Source: Thermoproteota archaeon
GTDB lineage: Archaea; Korarchaeota; Korarchaeia; Korarchaeales; Korarchaeaceae
Direction: 5' to 3'
Assembly: GCA_027491415.1 (NCBI GenBank)
Contig: JAOZFH010000056.1
Location: 1-64,000, forward strand
DNA length: 64,000 bases
The position numbers and the translations under genes are program-made. Below, one piece after another: positions 18,308 through 28,300 of this stretch. A model generated the notes under the pieces. That model was not told the origin of the DNA and ran no database searches. It saw only the letters and a program-made list of their open reading frames with translations. Each line of letters begins with the position of its first letter. The first letter of the stretch is position 1.

Positions 18308-19087
18308 ATGGCCGTTGAAATAACGGAGGGAGACCTCGCCCTCCTCGTATTCGAGAGAAGGAGGAAGGGTCCCAAGAAGTATCTGGTGAGGATAGAGAGA
18401 GGGAAGGTATTCCACACGCACCTGGGTCCCGTCGACCTAGGGGAGCTGATCGGCCGTCGCTGGGGATGCTCCGTGGAGGTCAAGAAGGGAATCGCGAGGG
18501 TGTTCCGCCCGACCACTGCCGACATCATGGAGAAGCTCGGTAGGAAGACGCAGATCATCTACCCCAAGGACGCCGCCTACATGATCATCAAGAGCGGGGT
18601 GAGGCCTGGCGACCTAGTAGTTGAGGGTGGAACGGGGTCTGGATCGCTCGCGTACGCTCTCTCGCTGTCGGTTGGGCCTACGGGAAAGGTCGTCAGCTAT
18701 GAGGTGAATCCGAAGTTCCACGAGATGGCCAAGGAGAACTTGAGGAGGTTGGGGGTCAGGAATGTGGAGCTGAAGTTGGGGGACCTCAGAACCGACATCG
18801 CCGAAAGGGACGTCGACGCGATGTTCTTGGACATGGCGGCGCCGTGGGAGGTGCTTCCGGCGGCCAGGGAAGTTCTGAAGCCCGGCGCCCCGCTGGCCGT
18901 CTTCGTCCCCTCTTGCGAGCAGATCAAGAAGTTCGCGGTGGCCGCCAGAGATGAGGGCTTCGGACACATCGAGGTGGTCGAGGTTCTAGTTCGGGGTTAT
19001 GAGGTAAACGAGCAGAGAACCCGTCCAGCGTCCAGAATGATCGCCCACACCGGGTTTGTCGTAACAGCCAGGAAGCTGGTGGATTGA
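18308..19087 (+). CDS. trmI: tRNA (adenine-N1)-methyltransferase (m1A57/58)
   Basis: RKTQIIYPKD, EGGTGSGSL, FLDMAAPWE, RTRP..MIAHTGF. Confidence 0.94.
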   Translation: MAVEITEGDLALLVFERRRKGPKKYLVRIERGKVFHTHLGPVDLGELIGRRWGCSVEVKKGIARVFRPTTADIMEKLGRKTQIIYPKDAAYMIIKSGVRPGDLVVEGGTGSGSLAYALSLSVGPTGKVVSYEVNPKFHEMAKENLRRLGVRNVELKLGDLRTDIAERDVDAMFLDMAAPWEVLPAAREVLKPGAPLAVFVPSCEQIKKFAVAARDEGFGHIEVVEVLVRGYEVNEQRTRPASRMIAHTGFVVTARKLVD

Positions 19088-19089
19088 CC

Positions 19090-19449
19090 TTAGCGTCCGT
19101 CTCCCGTCTCGCCCGTGAGCAGTCTGAACCTCCCGACCCCCTCCTCGGCCAGCTCGACCGGCGCCTCAAACAACCTCTCTAGGTCAACCCTGAAGATTCC
19201 CGGCTCAAGCTGAAATATTGGAGCCACGGGCTTCATTTTTGTCGCAATCGGGACACAGAACCTCTTCCTCTCAGAATTCTCTCCCTTCGCGGCCCTGGAG
19301 TCGTGCACCAAGCTGCGGTACGCCATGATTAGGATCTCGCTCGAGCCGCAAGCTGGGCACCTCTCCGGCGGAGAGTCCTCCGGGTCGAACGTCTCGGAGT
19401 ATCCGCACCAAGGGCATACCAAGATCAGGGTGTATCCCACCGTGGTCAC
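19090..19449 (-). CDS. OapC/DUF2072-like zinc-ribbon protein
   Basis: CPWCG..CPACGS, EPGIFRVDLERLF, EEGVGRF; third gene of the Era-like GTPase cluster. Confidence 0.7.
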   Translation of the reverse strand: MTTVGYTLILVCPWCGYSETFDPEDSPPERCPACGSSEILIMAYRSLVHDSRAAKGENSERKRFCVPIATKMKPVAPIFQLEPGIFRVDLERLFEAPVELAEEGVGRFRLLTGETGDGR

Positions 19450-19450
19450 C

Positions 19451-19738
19451 TCACAGCGTCATGGTGATGGTATCTCTCCTCTTCTTGAGGACCACTTACC
19501 CGGGAGCGATTACCATCGGTCCCTCCCGCCCCAGGGTCTCTACCTTGATCCCCAGTCCGTCATGACCATCTCCGTGTAGGAGGGCCTCCTGAATCAGCAA
19601 GAGCATCTCCGACATGTTTGGCCTGACTATGACCAGCGTCCTTCTGTTTTTGAGTACTTCCTGGAGGATCTCGCGGGCGCGCCCTCCTCGGGGCATTTCG
19701 CTGAGGACAAGCACCTCTCTTCTCGCTTTTAATCTCAA
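19451..19738 (-). pseudogene. OapB/DUF2073-like gene interrupted by an in-frame TAA (19496-19498)
   Basis: Sits between the oapA- and oapC-like genes; after ..MVIAPG* the frame continues VVLKKRRDTITMTL* to abut the next start. Confidence 0.5.
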
Positions 19739-20388
19739 GAGCCCTCACCTCTGCTAACCAGCTCGTAGATTTTCCTGTACAGCATGTCTATGTGCGTGCC
19801 CCTCAGGGCCGACACCGGAACGGATATCTTCTCGGGATAGGACTCGGCCACCTTCCAGGGTCGGGCGTAGGGGAGATCGATCTTGTTCGCCACGAGTATG
19901 TGCGGAATTCCCTTCGCCTCGACGTGGCTCAGGAGCAGGAGGTTCACCTGGCTCAGAGGATCCTTGGCTGAGTCTAGGACTATTAGGGCCACGTCTACGT
20001 TGTCAAGCGACTTTATGGCCTCAACAACGCCGCGTGCGGCCTCTTCTGCTCTCCTTATGGCCTCGTCCTTCGTGAAGCCGAACCTCAGGAAGGTTCTGTA
20101 GCTGATGTGGGTGGCAATGCCCGGGGTGTCGATTATGTCCATTACTATCGCCTTGCCTCCGTTGCCCTGGAGCCTCGCTCTGACCCCCTTGGCTATCTGA
20201 ATGGTCCGAGTCTCGTGTGGAACCTTGCTGACCGATCCGAGGTCTTTCCCAGTGAAGTCCCTGGTCATGCGGTTGGCGAGGGTTGTCTTGCCGGAGTTCA
20301 CCGGACCGTAGATTCCCAAGGCTATCTTCTGCCTCTCCTGCGATCCGAGCAAGAAGTTTAACAGCTTCCTGACAGCTTCCCCGAACAA
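19735..20388 (-). CDS. Era-like GTP-binding protein (OapA-like)
   Basis: GIYGPVNSGKTTLANR, VPHETR, DTPGIAT, RAEEAARGVVEAIK, VANKID, SAL. Confidence 0.88.
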   Translation of the reverse strand: MFGEAVRKLLNFLLGSQERQKIALGIYGPVNSGKTTLANRMTRDFTGKDLGSVSKVPHETRTIQIAKGVRARLQGNGGKAIVMDIIDTPGIATHISYRTFLRFGFTKDEAIRRAEEAARGVVEAIKSLDNVDVALIVLDSAKDPLSQVNLLLLSHVEAKGIPHILVANKIDLPYARPWKVAESYPEKISVPVSALRGTHIDMLYRKIYELVSRGEGS

Positions 20389-20490
20389 AGCTGGCTCCCC
20401 CTGCCGATGGGTGAGGGGCCCGCCCTCCAGGATGCACCTAACGGCGGTGGAATAATTATGTGGCTGCGCGCACGTAATACCGACGTCAGA

Positions 20491-21846
20491 TCACGCTCTG
20501 AGCGTCACCCGCTCGCCGACTCGAGGCACGTAGGAGAGGGTGCCCTTTGACTCAAGCTTCATGCTGAGTTGGCGGGACTTCTCCGGCTCTCCGTGGACTA
20601 CGAACACCTCCCTAACACCGGGTATGTGGGAGAGAAACGCGATTAGGCCGCTCTGATCCGAGTGCGCCGAGAACTCCGCAAATTCCACCCTCGCCTTGAC
20701 CTCTATCTCGTCGCCCTCGCCGAGGGTGAGCCTCCTCTGGCCCTCGAGTAGGGCTCTCCCCCTCGTCCCCCTGACCTGATACCCCGTCAGGTAGATGAGG
20801 TTCCTCGAGTCGCCAGCGAGGCCGCGCAGGTAGTCTACCACCGGCCCTCCCTGGAGCATCCCTGAGGTCGTTACCACTATGTAGGGCTCCGTGATCTCCA
20901 AGATCTCCTTCCGGTCGCGGACCTCCTCCACAAGCTCGTGGTCGAATGGACTCCTCTTGGACAGGCGAACCTTCCTCTGGAGTTCTGGCCTGAGCCAGCT
21001 CCAGTAGAGGGAGTAGATCCTATTTATCGTCACTATCATGCCGTCCACGAATATCGGAGTTGGAGGCAGCGACCCGCTGTCTATGTGGGCCAGGAGGGTC
21101 AGCAGCACCTCTTGGGCTCGGCCCAGCGCGAAGCATGGGATTATCACCTTGCCCCCTCGCAACACGGTCTCCCTCACGTCGGTGATGAACTTCCTCTCCA
21201 CCTTCTTCCTCGCTGGGTGAGCGTCCCCGTCCCCACCGTAGGTGGACTCGATTATCACGTAGTCCGTGGGAGGAATGTCCGTGTCGGCCCCGGACAAGGT
21301 TCTAGTTCCCCCGAGATTCAGGTCGCCCGTGTAGAGAATGCTAAACGCGTCGGGTATCTCTATCCTGACCATGACGCTCCCCAAGACGTGGCCTGCATCG
21401 TAGAGCGTGATGGTGGCGTCGCCTATCTCGAAGGGCGACCTCAAGCTCACTGGGTGCTCTAGGCTCCTCAGCCTCATGACGTCCTCGTTCTCGTAGGGCT
21501 TATCCTCACCGCTCTGCTCCTGAAGCGCGAGAAAATCAACCAGGAGCAGCTCAGACACGTCTCTGGTTGGCGGGGTGCTGTAGATGGGGCACCCCGTGTC
21601 CCTCACCAGCGCGGGTGAGAACCCGCTGTGGTCGAGGTGGGCGTGGGTGACTATCAGCGCCTCCACCTCCCCTCTGGGCCGGAGGGGATACCTGTCCTCG
21701 GCTGTCTTCGCGCCGACATGGACGCCCGAGTCGAGGATCAGGGACTTAGACCCGAGTCCCAGCTCCACGCTGGATCGGCCGACCTCCCTAGCTCCTCCTA
21801 GGAATCTGAGGTAGAAGTCCCCCTCCAACCCACGCCCCCCGGTCAA
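20491..21846 (-). CDS. MBL-fold beta-CASP ribonuclease (aCPSF-like, no KH domains)
   Basis: GGAREVGRS, THAHLDHSG, AGHVLGS, ESTYG, SGMLQGG, FSAHSD, VHGE. Confidence 0.92.
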   Translation of the reverse strand: MTGGRGLEGDFYLRFLGGAREVGRSSVELGLGSKSLILDSGVHVGAKTAEDRYPLRPRGEVEALIVTHAHLDHSGFSPALVRDTGCPIYSTPPTRDVSELLLVDFLALQEQSGEDKPYENEDVMRLRSLEHPVSLRSPFEIGDATITLYDAGHVLGSVMVRIEIPDAFSILYTGDLNLGGTRTLSGADTDIPPTDYVIIESTYGGDGDAHPARKKVERKFITDVRETVLRGGKVIIPCFALGRAQEVLLTLLAHIDSGSLPPTPIFVDGMIVTINRIYSLYWSWLRPELQRKVRLSKRSPFDHELVEEVRDRKEILEITEPYIVVTTSGMLQGGPVVDYLRGLAGDSRNLIYLTGYQVRGTRGRALLEGQRRLTLGEGDEIEVKARVEFAEFSAHSDQSGLIAFLSHIPGVREVFVVHGEPEKSRQLSMKLESKGTLSYVPRVGERVTLRA

Positions 21847-23207
21847 CCGGATATCGCCGCCCTGGCCGCCTCCTCTGCCCTGTCTAGGGCGGCCCTCGCG
21901 AGCTCGGGTCCCTCGCCGAGGTACGTAGAGGGTTCCATCAGGGCGTCTATCTCCTCGAGAGAGAGCAGCGAGGTAACCTCGGGCGAGGCCTTTAGGACCT
22001 CCGCCAGCTGCTTCTTCTCCGAGATGGCCCGCATCGCCAGGGATCTGACGAGTTCGTGGGCCCTCTGCCGACCGAGTCCTTTCCTGGCCAGCTCCAGCAT
22101 GACCCGCTCCGACATTATCAGGCTGGCGACCCTCCTCAGGTTTGACTCGATGGCCTCCCTCCTGATCCTTAGGCCTGAGACCACCTTGATCATGGTTTCC
22201 AGCTGCTCGTCTAGAAGGAGAAAGGCCTCCGGCACGATTATTCTCTCCGTAGAGCTATTCGTGAGGTCCCTCTCGTGCTCCAGGACCACGTTCTCGAGGG
22301 CGGCCACCGCGAGCCCCCTCATGACCCTGGCCAGCCCGCAGACCTTCTCCGACATTATGGGGTTTCTCTTGTGGGGCATCGTGCTGGATCCCACCTGTCT
22401 CCGCTCCTCAAACGGCTCCTCAACCTCCCCGATCTCCGTCCTCTGGAGGTTCCTCACCTCGTTGGCCATTAGGTCGAGCGTCGACGAGATCAGCGCCAAA
22501 GTGGTTATGAGCTCGGCCAGCGAGTCGCGTGGAACCACTTGAGTGGATATCTCAGAGGGTTCAAGCCCTAGAATCTCCATAACCCTCTCCTGGATCCTCC
22601 TGCCGACTCCCTGGAGGCCGGCCATTGTGCCCACGGCTCCGGCTATCTTGCCCCTGGCGGCCCTATCCTCTGCGGTCGCCAGCCTATCCAGGTTTCGGAC
22701 GAGGATCGAGCTCCACACGGCGAACTTGAAGCCGAAGGGTATTGGGAGGGCTGCCATCCCGTGAGTCCTCCCGAGCGCAACCAGGTCGAGCGTCTCTCGA
22801 CCCCTGCGAACCACTTCGAGCGTGAGCCTGGCCAGCTTCTCGCGGATTATCCCGCAGGCCCTCTTGATCTGAAGGGCCAAGACGGTGTCCAAGATGTCGT
22901 TTGAAGTCACTCCGAAGTGGACATATTCCCCCAGAGGCCCGGAGGCTTCGGCAAGAGCCAGCACGACCGCCATCGTCTCGTGTTTGACCTCCCCCTCCAG
23001 TTCGAGTATTCTCTCGACTCTCACTCTGCCCTCCCGAACGGCTGATTCGATTGCCTCTGCCGCCTCTCTTGGGATCAGACCCTCTTCCGCTTCCGCTCTC
23101 GCTAGGGCAGCTTCTACCTCTAGCATCAATTTGTACCGATTGTGGACATCGAAGATCTCTCGCATCTGAGGCGATCCGTATCTATACTCCACCGGGTGTA
23201 CGGGCAA
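21843..23207 (-). CDS. purB: Adenylosuccinate lyase
   Basis: HFGVTSNDI, GRTHG, GSSTMPHKRNPI, HERDLTNSSTER. Confidence 0.95.
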   Translation of the reverse strand: MPVHPVEYRYGSPQMREIFDVHNRYKLMLEVEAALARAEAEEGLIPREAAEAIESAVREGRVRVERILELEGEVKHETMAVVLALAEASGPLGEYVHFGVTSNDILDTVLALQIKRACGIIREKLARLTLEVVRRGRETLDLVALGRTHGMAALPIPFGFKFAVWSSILVRNLDRLATAEDRAARGKIAGAVGTMAGLQGVGRRIQERVMEILGLEPSEISTQVVPRDSLAELITTLALISSTLDLMANEVRNLQRTEIGEVEEPFEERRQVGSSTMPHKRNPIMSEKVCGLARVMRGLAVAALENVVLEHERDLTNSSTERIIVPEAFLLLDEQLETMIKVVSGLRIRREAIESNLRRVASLIMSERVMLELARKGLGRQRAHELVRSLAMRAISEKKQLAEVLKASPEVTSLLSLEEIDALMEPSTYLGEGPELARAALDRAEEAARAAISG

Positions 23208-23211
23208 GGCG

Positions 23212-25368
23212 TCACCTCGGCAGGAGGGCGGCTGCCTCCCTTATGATATTCTCGGCCAGCTTGGGGCCTATACCGGGGATGGCCTGGAGCGCCCTCGGGC
23301 TCGCCTTTGCCAGGTCCTCTAGCGTCTTGAACCCAGCCGAGTACAGGAGCCTCGCCCTCCTCCTGCCGACGCCCGGAATCCTGGTCAGGTGGAGTATCTC
23401 CTGCTTCACCCCAGCCTCCAGCCTCGCGGATAGGTTCCTCAAATATGCGGCCTCTTTCGGCCTACCAAACAGCCTGGCTATCTCGGAAAACGCGTACGCC
23501 AGCCAGGTCGCAACCTCCACGTAGCTCCTCAGGTCTCCCGGCTCGACGCCGTATGTCTCCTCGATGAGGGCCTCGGGCGCTTCCTCGATCCATGCCCTGA
23601 GCACGGCGGCCATCTTCACGGCCGAGAACCAGCTGAAGGTAACCTCAAGCGGGAGTTCCTCCGGTGGTATCAGCGGTTCAATTTCCTCCAAAAGTTCCTC
23701 AACCTCAGGGGACTCCCTGGATCTGACGGGCGCCTTGTACATGTCTGGGAGGAGACCTATCAGGTGGAGCGCCGACGCGTCCCTCACTCTCTCGTCCACG
23801 GACAACAGTCTCTCGGACGCCTTGGCCATCATCAGGGCGGACACCGGGTCCACGTAGAGCTGGGCGGTCCTGATGCCGAACATCGTGGCCGCCAACCTAC
23901 CACCCGAGACCTCCCTCACGAAGCCCTCTCGAACGAGGAAGTCCAGGGCCGGCGGTATCAGCCGAGACACCACCTCCTCACCGGCCTGAATGTGGAGGAG
24001 GGTGCGCTCCAACACCGTGGACACATCCCTCGCCGACGCTGGAGACTTGAGAACTATGAGGGAGAGAAGGTGCGTCCTGAACTTGTGGGGGTCGTCGAGC
24101 TTGGAGACTATTGGTTCGATTTTCCCCGCCGAGTACTCTCTGAGCAGCTCCTCAGCGTCCTTTCGACTTGAAGCGACGACTATGGCCTCGCCGACCTCGT
24201 CGAATCCGGGTCTGCCGGCCCTCCCTGCCATTTGGTGAAACTCCATGACCGTTATGGGGGCCTGCCTCCCCTTGGTGCGGTCGTACCTCTTGTGGCTCTT
24301 TATCACGACCGTCCTGGCGGGGAGATTTACCCCGGCCGCGAGAGTCGGGGTGGCCGCTATCGCGAGCAGTACGCCCCTCCTGAACGCTCCCTCCACCGTC
24401 CGCCTGGCCCTGTAAGGAAGGCCCGCGTGGTGGAATGCGGCCCCCCCTCTACATGCCTCAGCCAGCTTCTCCAGGAGGCGCGTCCTCGGCTCTAGGCTCA
24501 GGATGGATTCGGCCAGCTCCCGGGTGGCGTCCCTGTCGAACCCAATCATGTGAGCCGACAGGGCCCTGGCAACCTTGAAGGCGCCCGCGACCGATGATCT
24601 CCTAGTTGGGTAGAAGATGAGGACTTGTCCGCCGTCGCGGACGGACCTCAGTGCGAGATCCACTTCTGGCATCCCCGTCCTCCTAGGAATCTTCTCCTCC
24701 CCCCCATCCTCCCAGAGGATGATCCCGCCCGACCTTGAGTAGGCGCCCACCCTCAGGGGGACCGGCCTCCAGGGGACTGAGATCGGCTCGGCCTCGAGCC
24801 AGGCAGACACCTCTTCCAGATTGGCGACCGTGGCCGAGAGGGCGATTCTCCTGATGTTGGGGTTGGAGTCGATGAGCTTCGCCACGGTCATCTCAATGGT
24901 CGGCCCCCTCTCGGAGTCGTGGGCGAAGTGTATCTCGTCGAAGACCGCGGTCGTGAGCTCGGAGAGCCAGGCTGGATCGTGGCGGATTATCGAGTCTAGC
25001 TTCTCGTAGGTGGTGATAATCACGTCGTGCCTGCCCAGAGGCTCCTCCGAGGAGTCGTAGTCTCCCACGGACATCCTGACGGAGAACCCGAGGGGCCCGT
25101 ATCGCGCCCTAAACGACTCGTACTTCTCAGATGCGATCGCCCTGAGGGGAACCACGTAAACGCATTTTCCCTCGTGTAAGAGGTCGTGCAGTGCGGCGAT
25201 CTCGGCGGCCAAGGTCTTGCCGCTGGCCGTCGGGGATGCGAGCACGAAGTTGCCCTTCCTCACCAGTCCCCTCCGGGCCACCTCCACCTGTGGCGGGAAG
25301 AGTTCTGAGATGCCCCACTCGGTGAGGATGTCCGCGACTTCCGGAGGTAGGAGGTCTCGAACGGACAT
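23212..25368 (-). CDS. hel308: Hel308/Hjm Ski2-like DNA helicase
   Basis: PTASGKTL, DEIH, AFHHAGL, TPTLAAGVNLPA, QMAGRAGRP, C-terminal HhH. Confidence 0.94.
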   Translation of the reverse strand: MSVRDLLPPEVADILTEWGISELFPPQVEVARRGLVRKGNFVLASPTASGKTLAAEIAALHDLLHEGKCVYVVPLRAIASEKYESFRARYGPLGFSVRMSVGDYDSSEEPLGRHDVIITTYEKLDSIIRHDPAWLSELTTAVFDEIHFAHDSERGPTIEMTVAKLIDSNPNIRRIALSATVANLEEVSAWLEAEPISVPWRPVPLRVGAYSRSGGIILWEDGGEEKIPRRTGMPEVDLALRSVRDGGQVLIFYPTRRSSVAGAFKVARALSAHMIGFDRDATRELAESILSLEPRTRLLEKLAEACRGGAAFHHAGLPYRARRTVEGAFRRGVLLAIAATPTLAAGVNLPARTVVIKSHKRYDRTKGRQAPITVMEFHQMAGRAGRPGFDEVGEAIVVASSRKDAEELLREYSAGKIEPIVSKLDDPHKFRTHLLSLIVLKSPASARDVSTVLERTLLHIQAGEEVVSRLIPPALDFLVREGFVREVSGGRLAATMFGIRTAQLYVDPVSALMMAKASERLLSVDERVRDASALHLIGLLPDMYKAPVRSRESPEVEELLEEIEPLIPPEELPLEVTFSWFSAVKMAAVLRAWIEEAPEALIEETYGVEPGDLRSYVEVATWLAYAFSEIARLFGRPKEAAYLRNLSARLEAGVKQEILHLTRIPGVGRRRARLLYSAGFKTLEDLAKASPRALQAIPGIGPKLAENIIREAAALLPR

Positions 25369-25384
25369 CAGGCTGCTCCTCCTT

Positions 25385-28300
25385 CTATAGCGCCGTGGAG
25401 CCCGACGCGGGCTTCAGGAATCCAGGCCTTGGGGAGTATATGAGCCCGTTCTCCCTGAGGACGCGGATCTCGTTCCTCACAATTCTCTCCTCGATCTGGA
25501 GGACCTCCATCGCTTCCCTAATGAATTCCTCCTCCGAGACCATCCTCGAGTCCGCCTTTGTCGCCATCTCGTTCAGGAGCTTCATCAGCTCCTCCCGCCT
25601 CCTAGTGGCCGACATGTACGCCCCAACGACGCCCGTCATGTCTGGCATCCCGGTGGTCCGATCGAGGCCGACGTCGTAGAGCATCTCCCTCATGAGCTCG
25701 ACCGCCGTCAGGGCGTCCTCCTCCGTGACGTAGGATCGAAGGAACATCCTCGCCCTGGCCTCGGCCAGCCTTATCAGGGCCTCCAGCTGCCTGGCGGTGA
25801 GCGGAATTGGGAGCGGCCCCTCCATCTCACCCGCCAGCTTTCCGACCTCTCTCCTCATGCTCAGGTAGAATTCCCTGATCACCCTAGAGGCTTCCTCAGT
25901 CATCTGGGGTCTTATTCTTTGGCGGGCGTACGCTATGTACTTCTTCAGGAGGTCTGGTGGGATGGCGGGCTCCACGTCCGGGTTTACGCCCATCCTAGCC
26001 TTCAGTATGTGGTCCGCAACCCCGGCGTCGTAGTCCTCCTCCGGCACGTCCTTGATCAAGTAGATCAGGTCAAACCTCGAGAGGATCGTGGGCGGGAGGT
26101 TTATGTTCTCGGCAGGGCTCCTCAAGGGATCGTACCTACCATACTTCGGGTTGGCGGCCGCGATTATGGTCGTTCTGGCATTCAGCGTTGCCACTATCCC
26201 CGCCTTCGCTATGGATATCGTCTGCTGCTCCATGGCTTCGTGGATCGCCCTCCTGTCATTCTCGTTCATCTTGTCGAACTCGTCTATGCAGGCGACCCCC
26301 CTGTCCGCCAGAACCAGTGCGCCCGCCTCCAGCGTCCACCCGCCCGTCGCCGCGTCGCGGACGACCGCAGCGGTCAACCCTGCGGCCGTTGCCCCCTTGC
26401 CCGTAGTGTAGAGTCCTCTCGGCGCTATCTGAGCAGTGTACTTGAGCAGCTGGCTGTTGTGTACGATGAAGCCGTTCGCTACGAAGTTCCTGTTGTAGGG
26501 AACCTCCACGTCGTACACCCAGCCGTCCCCGTGGACCGTCCTGACGGACTCCACTTCATCCCAGGCTACGTCAGACTCAACTAGCATGTTGAGGTAGGCC
26601 AGCTCACGCCTGATCTCCCGTCCTGTTGGGTATGACCCGAGGAGGTCCCCCGCGGCCCTCTCGAGCTCCAGCAAGACCTTCCTGAGGCGAGACCTGGGGA
26701 TGTGGGCGAGACCCCTCTCGTACCGTATGAGCGTGGAGATCGGAATTCCCAGCTTTTCCCGGGAGACGCCGAGTGATCGCCTTATCCGGTGGAGGATCCT
26801 CCCTACGTGCGGGATCTTGTCGCTTAGATCGGAACCACCTGTGTCTCGCTTGATTAACGCCTCCGCTGGCAGGATCTCGGATAGGTCAACGTTTTGGTTG
26901 AGGACGGAGATCTGAGAGGCCGACAAGAGGAGTCGATGGCCCGACTTGGAGGGCTGAATCCTGGGGTGTGTCACGCCCAGCCTGGAGAGGATCAGGCGGA
27001 GCTGATGCATGATCTTCGGATTACGGGCCACGATTGCCAGACAGCGAGTCTTCTTTAGGTAGGACGACTCTGCCCTGAGATATCCCTTCAGGAAGGCTAC
27101 TAGGTGAGAAACTTCGGCTGAGACGATCCAAAATGGGATTTCGCGGGTGCTCGGGTGGCCGTCAAGTGTGGGTATAAGTCTCGAGAGATCAGCTGCCAGT
27201 CTCTTCTTCACGCGGAGCCTCACGTGACAGAGCCTTCCGTGCTCCTCCAACCTTACGACTCCGGCTTCTTTGGCCAGCTCGGCAAATCTCTGCGCGGCGC
27301 TTGGTAGCAGTAGAAGATGGTATTCTCTCCCTCGACCGGCGTCGAGGATCCTCGCCCTGGTGAGCAAGATTCCGAGGAGCTCCATGAGGGAAGGTGTGAT
27401 CTGGATCCAGTGGGTGACGGGAGGATGAACGCTCGGCGGCTGAAAGCTGCCCACGATGGCTACAAAGGTACCCGGCCTCAGCTCAGACGCCGGGAGGTAC
27501 TTAACGTAGCCGTCGGTGTCTAGGACAAGAAACGGGTGGTTCTTTGTCACCTTAATCCGCAGGCCGGTCTTGGTGCGGACCTCCAAGAGATCGCTGTTCT
27601 GAGAGCGCTTTGCGGCCGCCGTGGGGTCCACCCAATCCAAGGAGAGAGTCGGAGACATGGAGAGAACCCTCGTGTTGACCCCGCTTACCTTCCCGTCTGG
27701 AGCATCAAACGCCGTAGACTCGTCTATGAGCGAGTCCACTCGAGTCGGGCCATCTTTGGTAAACACCAGCGTGTCTCTACTCACGCACTTCGCCGTGCCC
27801 GGATCTCCCACGAAGAGGAGGTTGATCTCGCCCCTTATTCGGGTCCCATCCGGAAGGACTACCGGGTTCCCTCCGAAGAGGGCCAGGGCTATCGCCTTCT
27901 TCTTGATCCTGTGGCCGTAGATAGAAGGAGCTATCGAGTCGACGATCTTCTCCTCGAGCTTGGAGTCACGCGCTAACTCCAATATCGCTCTCTCGTCCTC
28001 CGGTGTTATCTCGATCTTCTCGTACGTCCTTGTCGGAACCTCCACGTCGTTCACGACGAGGTACCTCTTGAACAGGATGCCGTAACCGGAGTCTTCTTGC
28101 CGACGCGCCGGACGAAGGTCGATTATGGCGGTGAGAGTCACCCGGTCGCCCGGCTTGACCTCGTCGACGAGGTCGTCGGTTAGGATGGCGTCTACGTGCT
28201 TAGGCATGGCTCCAGGCGGGAGGTCCTCAGGCCGCTCCTGAACCCGAATAACCTGCCAGCTGACCAGCTCGGTCTTCTCCAAGTCCCTCTTTAGTGTGGC

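Noticed and set aside
20389-20490. Replication origin next to the oap cluster
   Set aside because: Short gap with no ORB repeats or extended AT-rich tract
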